Shown piece after piece: positions 41,813-51,106 of a stretch of DNA of 64,000 bases. Numbering within the stretch: position 1 is the stretch's first letter; every line of letters begins with the position of its first letter. Below the pieces are notes generated by a model, which saw only the letters and a list, made by a program, of their open reading frames with translations, ran no database searches and was not told where the DNA came from. Source of the stretch: an uncultured delta proteobacterium (GTDB taxonomy: Bacteria; Myxococcota_A; Polyangia; Palsa-1104); assembly GCA_963785725.1 (NCBI GenBank), contig CAWAWS010000024.1, positions 1 to 64,000 of the forward strand, in the 5' to 3' direction. A program made the translations under genes and the position numbers.

Positions 41813-43243
41813 CTACTCTTCGATATCGGTGTCGCTGTCGGACAAGCCGTACTTGCGCAGCTTGCCGTGCAACGTCGCGCGGTTGATGCCGAGCTGACGC
41901 GCGGCGTGGCTGCGATTGCCGCGACTGGCCTCGAGCGCCGAGACGATGAGCCCGCGCTCGTAAGCGTCGATGCGATCTTTGAGCTCGAGCTGGCCGGCGC
42001 CTTCTTTGGCCGCGGCCGTCGCCGCGACGGGCGCGGTCGGCAGCGGGCCGGCTTGGCTGCCCGTCGTCTGCACGGTCGCCGCGTGCGCGTGCGGATTCGC
42101 CGACGGCAAGAGCGACAGGTCGAGCTCGCCTTGCGACAGCGCGACGACGCTCTCGATCGCGTTCTCCAGCTCGCGAACATTGCCCGGCCACGAATATTGC
42201 GTCAGCCGCTCGAGCAAGGGCGGCGTCAGCTTGAACGGCCCGACACCGAAGCGGCGCGAAAACTCGCTCAAGAAGTGCTTGGCCAGCACCGGAATGTCCT
42301 CGAGTCGTTCGCGCAGCGGGGCGATCTGCAGATGCACGACTTTGAGGCGGTAATACAGATCCTCGCGGAACTTGCCTTCGTTCGCGAGCTGCAGGAGATC
42401 GCGATGCGTCGCGGCGATGATGCGCACGTCGACCTTGAAGACGCGATCCTCGCCGACGGGCCGCACTTCGCCCTCTTGCAGCACGCGCAAGAGCTTGGCT
42501 TGCGCGGCCGGCGCCAGCTCGCCGATCTCGTCGAGCAAGATCGTGCCGCCGTCGGCTTCGCGGAACAGGCCCGAGCGCGTCTTGACCGCGCCCGTGAACG
42601 CGCCTTTGGCGTGGCCGAACAGCTCCGCTTCGGCGAGCTCCGCGGTCAGCGCCGCGCAGTTGAAGCGCACGAACGGCTTCTCCGCGCGATGCGACGCCGA
42701 CACCAGCGCCTCGGCCACGCGCTCTTTGCCGGTGCCGCTCTCGCCCGTCAACAGGACGGTCACGTCGCGCGGCGCGATGCGCTGCACCAGCACCGCCAGC
42801 TTGCTCATCGCCGGCGACTGGAAGATCAGCGAGCGCGACAGATGCAGCTCGCCCGACAGGCGCTCGACCTCGGCGCCCAAGCGCACCGCTTCCGTCGCGC
42901 GCCCGACGACCGCCATCAGCTCGGTCACCTCGAACGGCTTCTTGAAGTAGTCGAACGCGCCCGCCTTGATGGCGTCGACGGCGTGGCGCTCCGAGCCGTG
43001 CGCCGTGATCATGATCGTCTTCGGCTTCTTGCCCGGTCGATCGCGAATCGCCGCCAACAGCTCGAGGCCGTTCATGCGCGGCATCTGCAGATCGGTGATC
43101 ACGATGTCGTATTCGCCCGCGTCCAGCTTCTCGAGCCCATCGACGCCATCGACCGCTTCGTCGACCGTCAGCTTGGCGTGCTCGAGGATTCCGCGGAGGG
43201 TGTAACGAACGGCCGAATCATCGTCGACGACGAGTGCGCGCAT
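41813..43243 (-). CDS. Sigma-54-dependent response regulator (REC-AAA+-Fis HTH)
   Basis: GESGTGKE, GAFTGA, LLDEIGE, WPGNVREL, RQLGINRATL. Confidence 0.97.
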   Translation of the reverse strand: MRALVVDDDSAVRYTLRGILEHAKLTVDEAVDGVDGLEKLDAGEYDIVITDLQMPRMNGLELLAAIRDRPGKKPKTIMITAHGSERHAVDAIKAGAFDYFKKPFEVTELMAVVGRATEAVRLGAEVERLSGELHLSRSLIFQSPAMSKLAVLVQRIAPRDVTVLLTGESGTGKERVAEALVSASHRAEKPFVRFNCAALTAELAEAELFGHAKGAFTGAVKTRSGLFREADGGTILLDEIGELAPAAQAKLLRVLQEGEVRPVGEDRVFKVDVRIIAATHRDLLQLANEGKFREDLYYRLKVVHLQIAPLRERLEDIPVLAKHFLSEFSRRFGVGPFKLTPPLLERLTQYSWPGNVRELENAIESVVALSQGELDLSLLPSANPHAHAATVQTTGSQAGPLPTAPVAATAAAKEGAGQLELKDRIDAYERGLIVSALEASRGNRSHAARQLGINRATLHGKLRKYGLSDSDTDIEE

Positions 43244-43267
43244 TAGGGATTCATCCGGAGACGCATC

Positions 43268-44551
43268 CTAGCAGAGCTCGCGGCCCGACTGATGCGGACA
43301 CTGCACGAGCAGATCGACGTTCGCCGCCAAGCCGCCGCCTTTGCGATTCTCGAGCGAAATCGTGCCTTGCTGCTGGTCGACGAGCGCGCGGACGATGGTC
43401 AAGCCGAGCCCGCAGCCTTTGTCCTTCGTCGTGACGCCGGGCTGAAACAGCCGCTCGATCGCCTCCGGCGCCACGCCCGGACCGCGGTCGAGCACGCCGA
43501 GCCGCACGCGATCGGAGCTGCGCGACAAGGTCAGCTCGACCGTCCCACCGGCGGGGCTGGCGTCGATCGCGTTCTGCACGAGATTGACGACCACTTGCTT
43601 CAGCTTGCGCGGATCGCAGCGCGCTTCCACCGAGTCGACGGCGCTGGTGTCGAAGCCGATCTGCTTGTCGTTGGCGACGCCTTCGTGCAGGTCGACGACG
43701 TCGAGGATGAGGTGACGCAGATCGACCGTCTCCAAGGCCAGCCGCGACATCGGCCGCGAGAAATTGAGGAAGTGATCGAGCGCGCCATGCAGCCGCTCGA
43801 CCTCTTTTTTCAGCACGGCCAGCCGCTCGGGCACGCGCTCGGGCTCGAGCTCCATCAGCGCCGCCAAGCCCTTGATGCTCGCCAGCGGGTTCTTGAGCTC
43901 GTGCGCCATCTCGGCGGAATACGTCGTCATTTCACGCATGCGCTCGACGTGCGTGTGCAAGAGCTCGTCGCGCGCTTCGTACGAGCGGCGGAAGATGGCG
44001 TCGGTGACGCTGCGAATGCGATGGCCGAGACCGTAGCCGGCGACGATGAGCGTCGACGAGCAGGACGCGAACAACAGCGTGTAGCTGCTGCTGCCGCCGG
44101 CGTTGAAGGCGCGCGGCATGATCCAGCCGCAATGCGCCAGCTGCAGCGCCGCCAACGTCCAGACGAACAGGACGCTCATGATCGTCGAGCCGAGCGCGAA
44201 GCGGCTCTCGAAGTAGACCGGCATGAAGACGGCGACCATCAACATGCCGGGCGCGATCGGGCTGGCGAGACCGCCGCTGATCGTGACCAGCATGATCGCC
44301 GCCACCGAACGCAGCACGACGCGCTTGATGGCCGGCAACCGACCGGCGAGCCAGCTCACCATGATGAAGACGAGGCAGTGCGACAGCGCGGCGATGCGAC
44401 GCCACGGCTCGATCTCGGGACCGAGCATCAGGTACAGCATCAAGACGCCCATCGCGGGCGCGGTCACCGCGGCGTGGGTCCAACGCGGCAGGCGAAAGAT
44501 TTCGCGCATGGCCCCGTCGCGCAGCTCTTGAAGCTCGGTAGAAGCAGCCAT
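43268..44551 (-). CDS. Membrane sensor histidine kinase
   Basis: Multiple TM segments; AHELKNPL; NLVQNA; DRGPG; GLGL. Confidence 0.95.
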   Translation of the reverse strand: MAASTELQELRDGAMREIFRLPRWTHAAVTAPAMGVLMLYLMLGPEIEPWRRIAALSHCLVFIMVSWLAGRLPAIKRVVLRSVAAIMLVTISGGLASPIAPGMLMVAVFMPVYFESRFALGSTIMSVLFVWTLAALQLAHCGWIMPRAFNAGGSSSYTLLFASCSSTLIVAGYGLGHRIRSVTDAIFRRSYEARDELLHTHVERMREMTTYSAEMAHELKNPLASIKGLAALMELEPERVPERLAVLKKEVERLHGALDHFLNFSRPMSRLALETVDLRHLILDVVDLHEGVANDKQIGFDTSAVDSVEARCDPRKLKQVVVNLVQNAIDASPAGGTVELTLSRSSDRVRLGVLDRGPGVAPEAIERLFQPGVTTKDKGCGLGLTIVRALVDQQQGTISLENRKGGGLAANVDLLVQCPHQSGRELC

Positions 44552-44611
44552 CGTCGGCGCTCCCAGTGTACCCAAACCGTGCTGTGCTTGTCGAACCACG
44601 GCCGCTGCTAC

Positions 44612-44627
44612 AGCAAGGGCGATACCA
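44612..44627 (-). promoter_or_regulatory. Putative sigma-54 promoter of the two-component operon
   Basis: Minus strand TGGTATCGCCCTTGCT, GG-N10-GC; AT-rich tract upstream. Confidence 0.6.
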
Positions 44628-44719
44628 GCTGCAAGTGTCGATTAAGATTACGAAACAAAAGTCAGTGTTGGGTTTCGAACAGCGGAAAAGAGCGCGCAGT
44701 GCTCAAAAGCGCGACACTA

Positions 44720-44896
44720 TTATGTGGGTGGCGCTAGGCGCGGCGCCGGCCGTCGCCGTTTGCCGGCGAGGCTGAAGACGAGCGCCAAAGCACCGGGCGT
44801 GACGTAGACGCTGCGCGCCCAGGCGTAGATGCCGAGGTCGCCCGCGGCGGCGCCGATGCGAAAAAGCTCGCTATAGAACTGGCTCACGAAGTCCAT
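44720..44896 (-). CDS. Possible 58-aa small membrane-associated protein
   Basis: MDFVSQFYSELFRIGAAAGDLGIYAWARSVYVTPGALALVFSLAGKRRR...; sigma-54 motif about 21 nt upstream. Confidence 0.5.
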   Translation of the reverse strand: MDFVSQFYSELFRIGAAAGDLGIYAWARSVYVTPGALALVFSLAGKRRRPAPRLAPPT

Positions 44897-44917
44897 CCGT
44901 TTTCCGTTCGCGCGCAA

Positions 44918-44933
44918 AGCAACGCGCGTGCCG
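44918..44933 (-). promoter_or_regulatory. Putative sigma-54 promoter (leftward)
   Basis: Minus strand CGGCACGCGCGTTGCT, GG-N10-GC. Confidence 0.7.
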
Positions 44934-45160
44934 GACGCGCGCGGTGCCGCTGGGCGGACACGCGCACGCCCGCGCACCGGCAGAGCCCAGCGACGGCACG
45001 CGCGTGCCCTAACTCGGTGCACGACCAGGCGTTGCGGCGACGTGACCGAAGTTGCCCACCGTCGCGGTTTTGACCGTTGCGTCGGGTTTTTCACCAGCAT
45101 TCGACAACGGCCGTCACCGCGAGCGAACCCGTTTTCCGCGGCCGCAGACGCTTTTGCGCT

Positions 45161-45176
45161 GGGCACGCGGCTTGCG
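45161..45176 (+). promoter_or_regulatory. Putative sigma-54 promoter (rightward)
   Basis: GGGCACGCGGCTTGCG, GG-N10-GC, 40 nt upstream of ATG 45216; tandem direct repeats at 45061 and 45081. Confidence 0.7.
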
Positions 45177-45215
45177 ATGACAGTCGGTGAACCCGCGAAA
45201 CTCGAGGAGCTGTTG

Positions 45216-46580
45216 ATGCGCCTTTTGTCTGGAGTGATCTTGACCCTGTCGGCGATTGCCTTCGCTTACGCGGTCGATCCGTCCTTGTTCGCGCAGCTGC
45301 CCGTGCCGACGGCGGGTGGCTGGCTGCTGGGCGCGGGCGTCGTGCTGTTGGGGCTCGTGTGGCGCTGGCACAGCATGATGTTGCGCGCCGTCGCGCCGTA
45401 CACCGGCGAGGCCGCGCATGCGTCGCGCTATCCGTCGGTCACGGTCATCCGCCCGGTGCGCGGCAAGGACGTGGGCGCGGAGGACAACTTCCGCGCCGCG
45501 CTCGACACCGGCTATCCGGGCGAGGTCGAGACGCTGTTCGTGTTCGACGACGAGAACGACCCCGGCCTGCCGCTCGCGCGGGAAGTGGTGGCCGCGCACA
45601 TGGCCTCGGGCCGCGCCGGCACGGCCGGCGTCATCGTCGCCGGCGCACCGCCGGCCGGCTTCACCGGCAAGCTCAACGCGATGATCGCCGGCGAGCGCCG
45701 CGCCAAGAACGAGCTGATCGCGTTCGGCGACTCCGACACGCGCCCGGACAAGAAGGTGCTGCGCGGCGTCGTCGATGCGCTGTTGTCGCGGCCGCGCGCC
45801 GGCTCGGCGTTCGCGCCCGTCCTCGTCTACCAGCCGGCGCAGTTCGCCGGCGACGCGCTCTACGCCTTCATGCAGAACTCGATGTACTCGCCGTTGGCCG
45901 CGCATGCGTCGGGCCCGTCGCGCACGCTGCCGTTCATCATGGGTCAGCTGATGGTCTTCCGTCGCCAGGCGCTGGCTTCGATCGGCGGCGTGAGCGCGGC
46001 CAAGGGTCAGCTCGTCGACGACATGGCCATCGGTCGCGCGCTGCACGAAGCCGGCTGGGAGAACGTCATGAGCCGCAACCCGCTGCACATCGCCACCGGC
46101 GGCATGACCTTGCGCGAGTTCATCCCCATTTACCGTCGCTGGATGAGCTTCTCGAAGAATGGCCTGCCGCTGTCGTTCACGTGGCGTCAGTGGCTCGTCG
46201 GCGCGTCGTTCTTCGTCGCGCTGTTCCTGTCGCTGGGCGCGCTGGCGGTGGGCGGGGTGCGGGCGGCCGTGCCGTCGCTGGCGGCGCTGTTCCTCGTCGG
46301 CGACTCGCTCTTGCTCTTGCACAAGCGCTATGGCGGCTCGCCGATTCCGCTGCGTTTGGCGTGGGCGGCGTGGGGCGTCTTCCTCATCTCTCCCTATGTG
46401 CTGGCGACCAACCTCCTCAAGCGGAAGGTCGAATGGCGCGGGCGCAGCTACGAGCTGGCGCAGGGTGACGCGCTGGCGGCGATTCCGGCGCCGATGCACG
46501 CCGAGCCCGACCTTCTCGACCACGACGCCGACGAGCATTGGCCCGCCGAGCGCCCCGCTCCGCAGCACTTGATCGCCTAA
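45216..46580 (+). CDS. GT-A membrane glycosyltransferase (ceramide glucosyltransferase/HpnI-like)
   Basis: SVTVIRPVRG, GKLNAM, FGDSD, MGQLMVFRR, LVDDMAIG, RRW, VEWRGRSY; GAGGAG RBS. Confidence 0.85.
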   Translation: MRLLSGVILTLSAIAFAYAVDPSLFAQLPVPTAGGWLLGAGVVLLGLVWRWHSMMLRAVAPYTGEAAHASRYPSVTVIRPVRGKDVGAEDNFRAALDTGYPGEVETLFVFDDENDPGLPLAREVVAAHMASGRAGTAGVIVAGAPPAGFTGKLNAMIAGERRAKNELIAFGDSDTRPDKKVLRGVVDALLSRPRAGSAFAPVLVYQPAQFAGDALYAFMQNSMYSPLAAHASGPSRTLPFIMGQLMVFRRQALASIGGVSAAKGQLVDDMAIGRALHEAGWENVMSRNPLHIATGGMTLREFIPIYRRWMSFSKNGLPLSFTWRQWLVGASFFVALFLSLGALAVGGVRAAVPSLAALFLVGDSLLLLHKRYGGSPIPLRLAWAAWGVFLISPYVLATNLLKRKVEWRGRSYELAQGDALAAIPAPMHAEPDLLDHDADEHWPAERPAPQHLIA

Positions 46581-46607
46581 CCGCCACGTCGCTCTCGAGG
46601 TATCCCC

Positions 46608-47207
46608 ATGCGTCCTCTCATGCTCATCGTCTCGATGCTCGTGTCACAGGCCGGCCCGCGCTATCAGCACGTCGGCGGCAACCATGCGGTCGAAGTCTTT
46701 CGGCAGATGGAGTCGCCGACGATCGACCTCGTGGCCGAAGGTGACATCGACGCGCCGCCGGCGCTGATTCGCAGCATTTTGCTCGACTATCCGAACGCGC
46801 ACGCGCTCAGCGATCACGTGACCGAGAGCCGCGTCCTGACGACGGGCGCGCACGAGATCATGGTCTATCAGCGGCTGAAGCTGCCGGTGGTGAGCGACCG
46901 CGACTTCACGCTGCGCGCCTTGTGGGGCGCGCGCGGCGCCAACCTGTGGACGCGCTTCACCATCGACAACAGCCACGGTCCGGCGGCGCGCGACGGCATC
47001 GTCCGCTTGACCAACATGACCGGCGGCTGGGACTTGCAGCCGATTCGCGGCGGCGCGGCCACCCACGCCGTCTACCGCGTGCAGATGGACATGGCCGGCT
47101 CGATCCCGAAGTGGATGGTCTCGGGCGGCGCCGCCAAGGATCTGCCCAAGCTGTTCGACGGCATCCGCCGCGAGGTCGTCCGCCGCTCCGTCACCGCCAG
47201 CAATTGA
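46608..47207 (+). CDS. START/SRPBCC lipid-binding domain protein, exported
   Basis: YQRLKLPVVSDRDF, GGWDLQP, DMAGSIPKWMV. Confidence 0.8.
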   Translation: MRPLMLIVSMLVSQAGPRYQHVGGNHAVEVFRQMESPTIDLVAEGDIDAPPALIRSILLDYPNAHALSDHVTESRVLTTGAHEIMVYQRLKLPVVSDRDFTLRALWGARGANLWTRFTIDNSHGPAARDGIVRLTNMTGGWDLQPIRGGAATHAVYRVQMDMAGSIPKWMVSGGAAKDLPKLFDGIRREVVRRSVTASN

Positions 47208-47242
47208 CGCCCACGCGCCGCTCCATTTCGCGTCTTCCCAAG

Positions 47243-47260
47243 CTGTCAGCTCTGTGTCAG
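47243..47260. promoter_or_regulatory. Putative WYL-regulator box
   Basis: CTGTCAGCTCTGTGTCAG, an imperfect CTGACA-N6-TGTCAG, ending 10 nt before the WYL gene ATG. Confidence 0.6.
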
Positions 47261-47270
47261 CAATGAGCAT

Positions 47271-47900
47271 ATGCGCCGCCGCGAGCGACTGTTCGCCATC
47301 ACCGAGCACTTGCGCGGCCGCCGCAGCGGCGTGACGGCCGAGACGCTGGCGGCGCGCTTCAACGTCACCGTGCGCACGATCTATCGCGACCTCGACAGCT
47401 TGCGCGACGCGGAGCTGCCGGTGAAGGCCGAGCGCGGCGCCGGCGGCGGTTACGCGCTCGATCGCGCCTACACGCTGCCGCCGGTGAACTTCACGCCGCG
47501 CGAGGCGGCGCTGCTGGTCGCGCTCGGTCGTTGGGCGGCGGAGCTGCGCATCCTGCCGTTCGTCGAGACGCTGGCCGGCGCGCTCGACAAAGTGCGCGGC
47601 GCGCTGGGCGCATCGGCGCAGCGCGAGCTCGTCGAGCACATCGACTCCATTCAGTTCGTCGGCGTGCCGGCGCTGGGCGCGTCGCCGGCGATTCGCGCGG
47701 CCATCGAGTCGGCGTGGTTCGAGCGGCAGCCGATCCGCATTCGTTATCGCGGCGCCGACGACATCGTGTCGACACGCGTCGTACGGCTGGTGACGGTGGT
47801 GATGGAGCGCAGCCTCACCCTCCTCAACTGCGACGATCTCGACAAGGGTGAGCGACGGCAGTTTCGGCTCGATCGCATCCTGGACGCCCAGCTCGTCTGA
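47271..47900 (+). CDS. HTH-WYL (YafY-like) transcriptional regulator, short form
   Basis: LAARFNVTVRTIYRDL, GAGGGY, LPPVNFT, C-terminal RQFRLDRI. Confidence 0.92.
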   Translation: MRRRERLFAITEHLRGRRSGVTAETLAARFNVTVRTIYRDLDSLRDAELPVKAERGAGGGYALDRAYTLPPVNFTPREAALLVALGRWAAELRILPFVETLAGALDKVRGALGASAQRELVEHIDSIQFVGVPALGASPAIRAAIESAWFERQPIRIRYRGADDIVSTRVVRLVTVVMERSLTLLNCDDLDKGERRQFRLDRILDAQLV

Positions 47901-47906
47901 TCTTTA

Positions 47907-47941
47907 CTGACACAAGGCTGTCAGGAGCGCGCGCGTACGCT
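47907..47941 (+). promoter_or_regulatory. Palindrome CTGACA-N6-TGTCAG followed by -10 hexamer TACGCT
   Basis: Palindrome 47907-47924; TACGCT 47936-47941; ATG at 47949. Confidence 0.7.
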
Positions 47942-47948
47942 GTTCGAC

Positions 47949-48401
47949 ATGGAGAACCATTGGCTCGGGGTGGTGTCGCGGGCGCACGTGGAGCGCGGCG
48001 TGGCGGGCGGATTCGCGCAGCTGTGTCATGGCCGCGCGGCGCCGCTCGAGCGGATGCGGGCGGGCGATTGGCTCGTCTACTATTCGGCGACGGCGGAGAT
48101 GGGCGGCGGCGAGCGAGTGCAGGCGTTCACGGCGCTCGGCCAGCTCGTCGACGATCGCATCTACGAGGTCGACTTGGGCGATTGGCGCGCCCATCGTCGC
48201 GACGTGCGCTACGAGCCGGTCGGGCAGGTGGCGCTGGCGGAGCTGGCGCCGCAACTCCATCTGACGGCGCGGCCGCACTGGGGTTTCGCGCTGCGTCGTG
48301 GCCATCTGCCGCTCGACGCGCACGATTTCGCGATCGTCGCGCAGGCGCTGCGGCAAGCCCCGCGCCGCCGTGATACGCTCGCCGCCGCCGTCGTCCGCTG
48401 A
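47949..48401 (+). CDS. EVE domain protein
   Basis: WLGVVSRAHVERGVAGGFAQLCHG, MRAGDWLVYYS, QAFTALG, WGFALRRG, DFAIVA. Confidence 0.85.
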   Translation: MENHWLGVVSRAHVERGVAGGFAQLCHGRAAPLERMRAGDWLVYYSATAEMGGGERVQAFTALGQLVDDRIYEVDLGDWRAHRRDVRYEPVGQVALAELAPQLHLTARPHWGFALRRGHLPLDAHDFAIVAQALRQAPRRRDTLAAAVVR

Positions 48402-48444
48402 CCCCAATGATAGGCGTTGCGGCACGTATGGCGCGGAGGTCCCG

Positions 48445-49386
48445 ATGATGCGCGCTTCTTCGGTAGCGACGATTTTGGGTGCGGTGGGCTTGATTGCGAC
48501 GGGCTGTAGCGGGCACTCCGGGCTGTCGGGCACGGGCGACGGCGGCAGCGGCGGCGGCGGCGGGACGACCACCGACAGCGCGACGTTCACGATGACGCCG
48601 TTCTCGGTCGCGGCCGGCCAAGAGCTGTACTACTGTCAGACGTTCGCCAATCCCTTCGGCGCCGACGTCGAGATTTCGAGCTTCGAGTCGCACATGACGA
48701 CGGGCTCGCATCATATGTTGCTGCTGTTTCAGGACGGCGCGACGGACGGGACGCTCACGCCGTGCAGCGGGTTGACGTTCGGGCCCATGCCGTACGGGAC
48801 GCAGCAGCCGGATGGCGAGATTACCTATCCGTCGGGGATCGCGGCGCTGGTGAAGTCGACGCAAGGCTTCAACTTGGTCGTGCACTACTTGAACGCGACG
48901 ATGGCCGACATCCCGTCGACCACGGTCACGGTGACGCTGCACAAGGCGACGCCGGGAACGGTGCAGCAGCACGCGGGCGTGTTCTTCTTCGACAACATCA
49001 GCGCGCTCACGCCGTCGCTCGGCGGCGGCATCCCGCCGAACACGACGAAGACGATCACCGCCAGCTACACGACGACGCAGGACATGAATGTCATTTACGC
49101 GGTGTCGCACATGCATCAGAAGTCGCTCAATCTGACGGCGACCTACGGGACGGCGGCGACGATGCTGTACACGACCGATTCGTGGGACTCGCCGCCGTTG
49201 CAAGCCTATACGCCGCCGGTGACGCTGCCGTCGGGGACGACGATCAACTGGGCGTGCACGATCGACAACGATTCGTCGACGGAGCTGACGTTCGGCGAGT
49301 CGGCGCTGACGAACGAGATGTGCATCTTCAACGGGCAATATTGGCCCGCGCCCGACGACAGCCCGACGATCAACATCATGCGCTGA
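48445..49386 (+). CDS. PHM/DBM-type (type II) copper monooxygenase-like lipoprotein
   Basis: IATGC lipobox; SHHMLL, VVHY, SHMH, NEMC supply the five His + Met ligand pattern; GGAGG RBS. Confidence 0.8.
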   Translation: MMRASSVATILGAVGLIATGCSGHSGLSGTGDGGSGGGGGTTTDSATFTMTPFSVAAGQELYYCQTFANPFGADVEISSFESHMTTGSHHMLLLFQDGATDGTLTPCSGLTFGPMPYGTQQPDGEITYPSGIAALVKSTQGFNLVVHYLNATMADIPSTTVTVTLHKATPGTVQQHAGVFFFDNISALTPSLGGGIPPNTTKTITASYTTTQDMNVIYAVSHMHQKSLNLTATYGTAATMLYTTDSWDSPPLQAYTPPVTLPSGTTINWACTIDNDSSTELTFGESALTNEMCIFNGQYWPAPDDSPTINIMR

Positions 49387-49422
49387 CGGCGTTCGCGCGC
49401 GCGCTCGTGTATGCTCGGGCGA

Positions 49423-51045
49423 ATGCGCGCGCGCGGCTTGGTCGTCGTCGCCGGGGTCCTCGTCACCGGCTGCAGCCGCTCGCCGACGTTCACGCACGAC
49501 ATCGCGCCCATCCTGCACAGCCGCTGCGCGCCCTGCCATCACACGGGCGGCGCCGGGCCATTCCCGCTCGTCACCTACGCCGACGCCAAGCCGCGCGCGC
49601 GGCAGATCGAGCGCGTGACGGCGCGCGGCTACATGCCGCCGTGGAAAGCGGCGCCGACGGTGCATTACGCGAACGAGCGCATCCTCGACGCCGGTGAGCG
49701 CGCGCTCCTGCAGCGCTGGGCGACGGCGGGCGCGCCGCGCGGCGACGGGCCCGAGCCGACCGCGCCCGATTTCCGCGACGGCTGGCAGCTGGGCACGCCG
49801 GACGCCGTCGTCAAGCTGCCGCCGTACACGCTCGCCGCCGACGGGCCCGACGTCTATCGCAACTTCGTGCTGCCGTCGCCGCTGCCGGGCACGCGCTACA
49901 TCGCCGCCTGGGAATTTCGCCCCGACACGCGCGCCATCCATCACGCGATCTTGAACCTCGACGCGACCGGCTGGGCGCGCAAACGCGACGCGCTCGACGC
50001 CGCGCCCGGCTTCGACGGCATGGACCCCGGCGACATCCAAGCGCCCGACGGCTTCTACCTCGTGTGGACGCCGGGCCAAGCGCCGACGCCGCCCGATCCG
50101 CACGCGGCCTGGCCGCTCGACGCGCGCACCGACCTCGTGCTGCAGCTGCACCTGCGACCGACGGGAAAGCCGGAGGTCATCGCGCCGACGATCGCGCTCT
50201 ATCTCGCGCCCACGCCGCCGACGCAGGCGCGCGTCACCTTGCGCATCGGCGACGTGCCCATCGATCTGGCGCCGGGCGTGCGCGACTACAAGATCCACGA
50301 TCAGTGGACGCTGCCGGTCGCCGTCGAGCTGGTGTCGCTGTTCCCGCACGCGCATTACCTGGCGCAGCACATGCGCGTCTGGGCGCGATTTCCCGACGGA
50401 CACGAGCAGCCGCTGCTGACGATCGACGACTGGGATCCGGCGTGGCAAGACGAATACGTGTTGGCCGAGCCGCTGGCGTTGCCGCGCGGCAGCACGGTGG
50501 CGATGGAGTTCACGTACGACAACTCGGCCGCCAATCCGCGCAATCCCAATCGGCCGCCGGCGCGCGTCGTCACCGGCGAGCGCACGATCGACGAGATGGG
50601 CAACGTGACGCTGGTGGCGCGCGTGGCGTCGACGGCGGACAAGCTGCAGCTGCGCGAGGCCAAGTTTCGCCGGCAGCTGGCGGCGGGCGCCGGCGCGAAG
50701 GCGCGCTACAACCTCGGCAACACGCTCATGGCCGAGGGGCGCGCCAAAGAGGCGATCGAGGAGTTTCGGCGCGCGCTCACGCTCGATGGCGACTTGATGG
50801 CCGCGCAGGTCAACTTGGGCGCGGCGCTGCTCACGGTCGGCGACGTCGAGGGTGCGCGCGCGCAGCTCGACGCGGCGGCGCGGCGCTGGCCGGAGTCGGC
50901 GACGGCGCACGCCAACTTGGGCCGGGCGCTCGTCGCCGCCGGGCAGCGCGACGCAGCCGTGGCCGAGCTGCAGCGCGCGCTGGCGCTCGATCCCAATTTC
51001 GCGCCCGCCCGCGCCACGCTCGAAGCCCTACTCCGCCAGCGGTAA
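49423..51045 (+). CDS. Lipoprotein with c-type heme motif, PHM/DBM-like copper monooxygenase domains and TPRs
   Basis: LVTGC lipobox; CAPCH and MPPW; IHHAIL, LQLHL, PHAHYL, DEMG; ARYNLG/AQVNLG/AHANLG TPRs; TATGCT 7 nt before ATG. Confidence 0.8.
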   Translation: MRARGLVVVAGVLVTGCSRSPTFTHDIAPILHSRCAPCHHTGGAGPFPLVTYADAKPRARQIERVTARGYMPPWKAAPTVHYANERILDAGERALLQRWATAGAPRGDGPEPTAPDFRDGWQLGTPDAVVKLPPYTLAADGPDVYRNFVLPSPLPGTRYIAAWEFRPDTRAIHHAILNLDATGWARKRDALDAAPGFDGMDPGDIQAPDGFYLVWTPGQAPTPPDPHAAWPLDARTDLVLQLHLRPTGKPEVIAPTIALYLAPTPPTQARVTLRIGDVPIDLAPGVRDYKIHDQWTLPVAVELVSLFPHAHYLAQHMRVWARFPDGHEQPLLTIDDWDPAWQDEYVLAEPLALPRGSTVAMEFTYDNSAANPRNPNRPPARVVTGERTIDEMGNVTLVARVASTADKLQLREAKFRRQLAAGAGAKARYNLGNTLMAEGRAKEAIEEFRRALTLDGDLMAAQVNLGAALLTVGDVEGARAQLDAAARRWPESATAHANLGRALVAAGQRDAAVAELQRALALDPNFAPARATLEALLRQR

Positions 51046-51106
51046 ACGCGGCCCGCGTCGCGCTCGAGAATTTGCCCGCCAATTGCGCGTCTACAAACGC
51101 GGCCGT

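Noticed and set aside
48127..50910. 927-aa minus-strand ORF (and similar long Arg/Ala-rich ORFs throughout)
   Set aside because: Antisense or off-frame shadows caused by high GC and few stop codons; no motifs.
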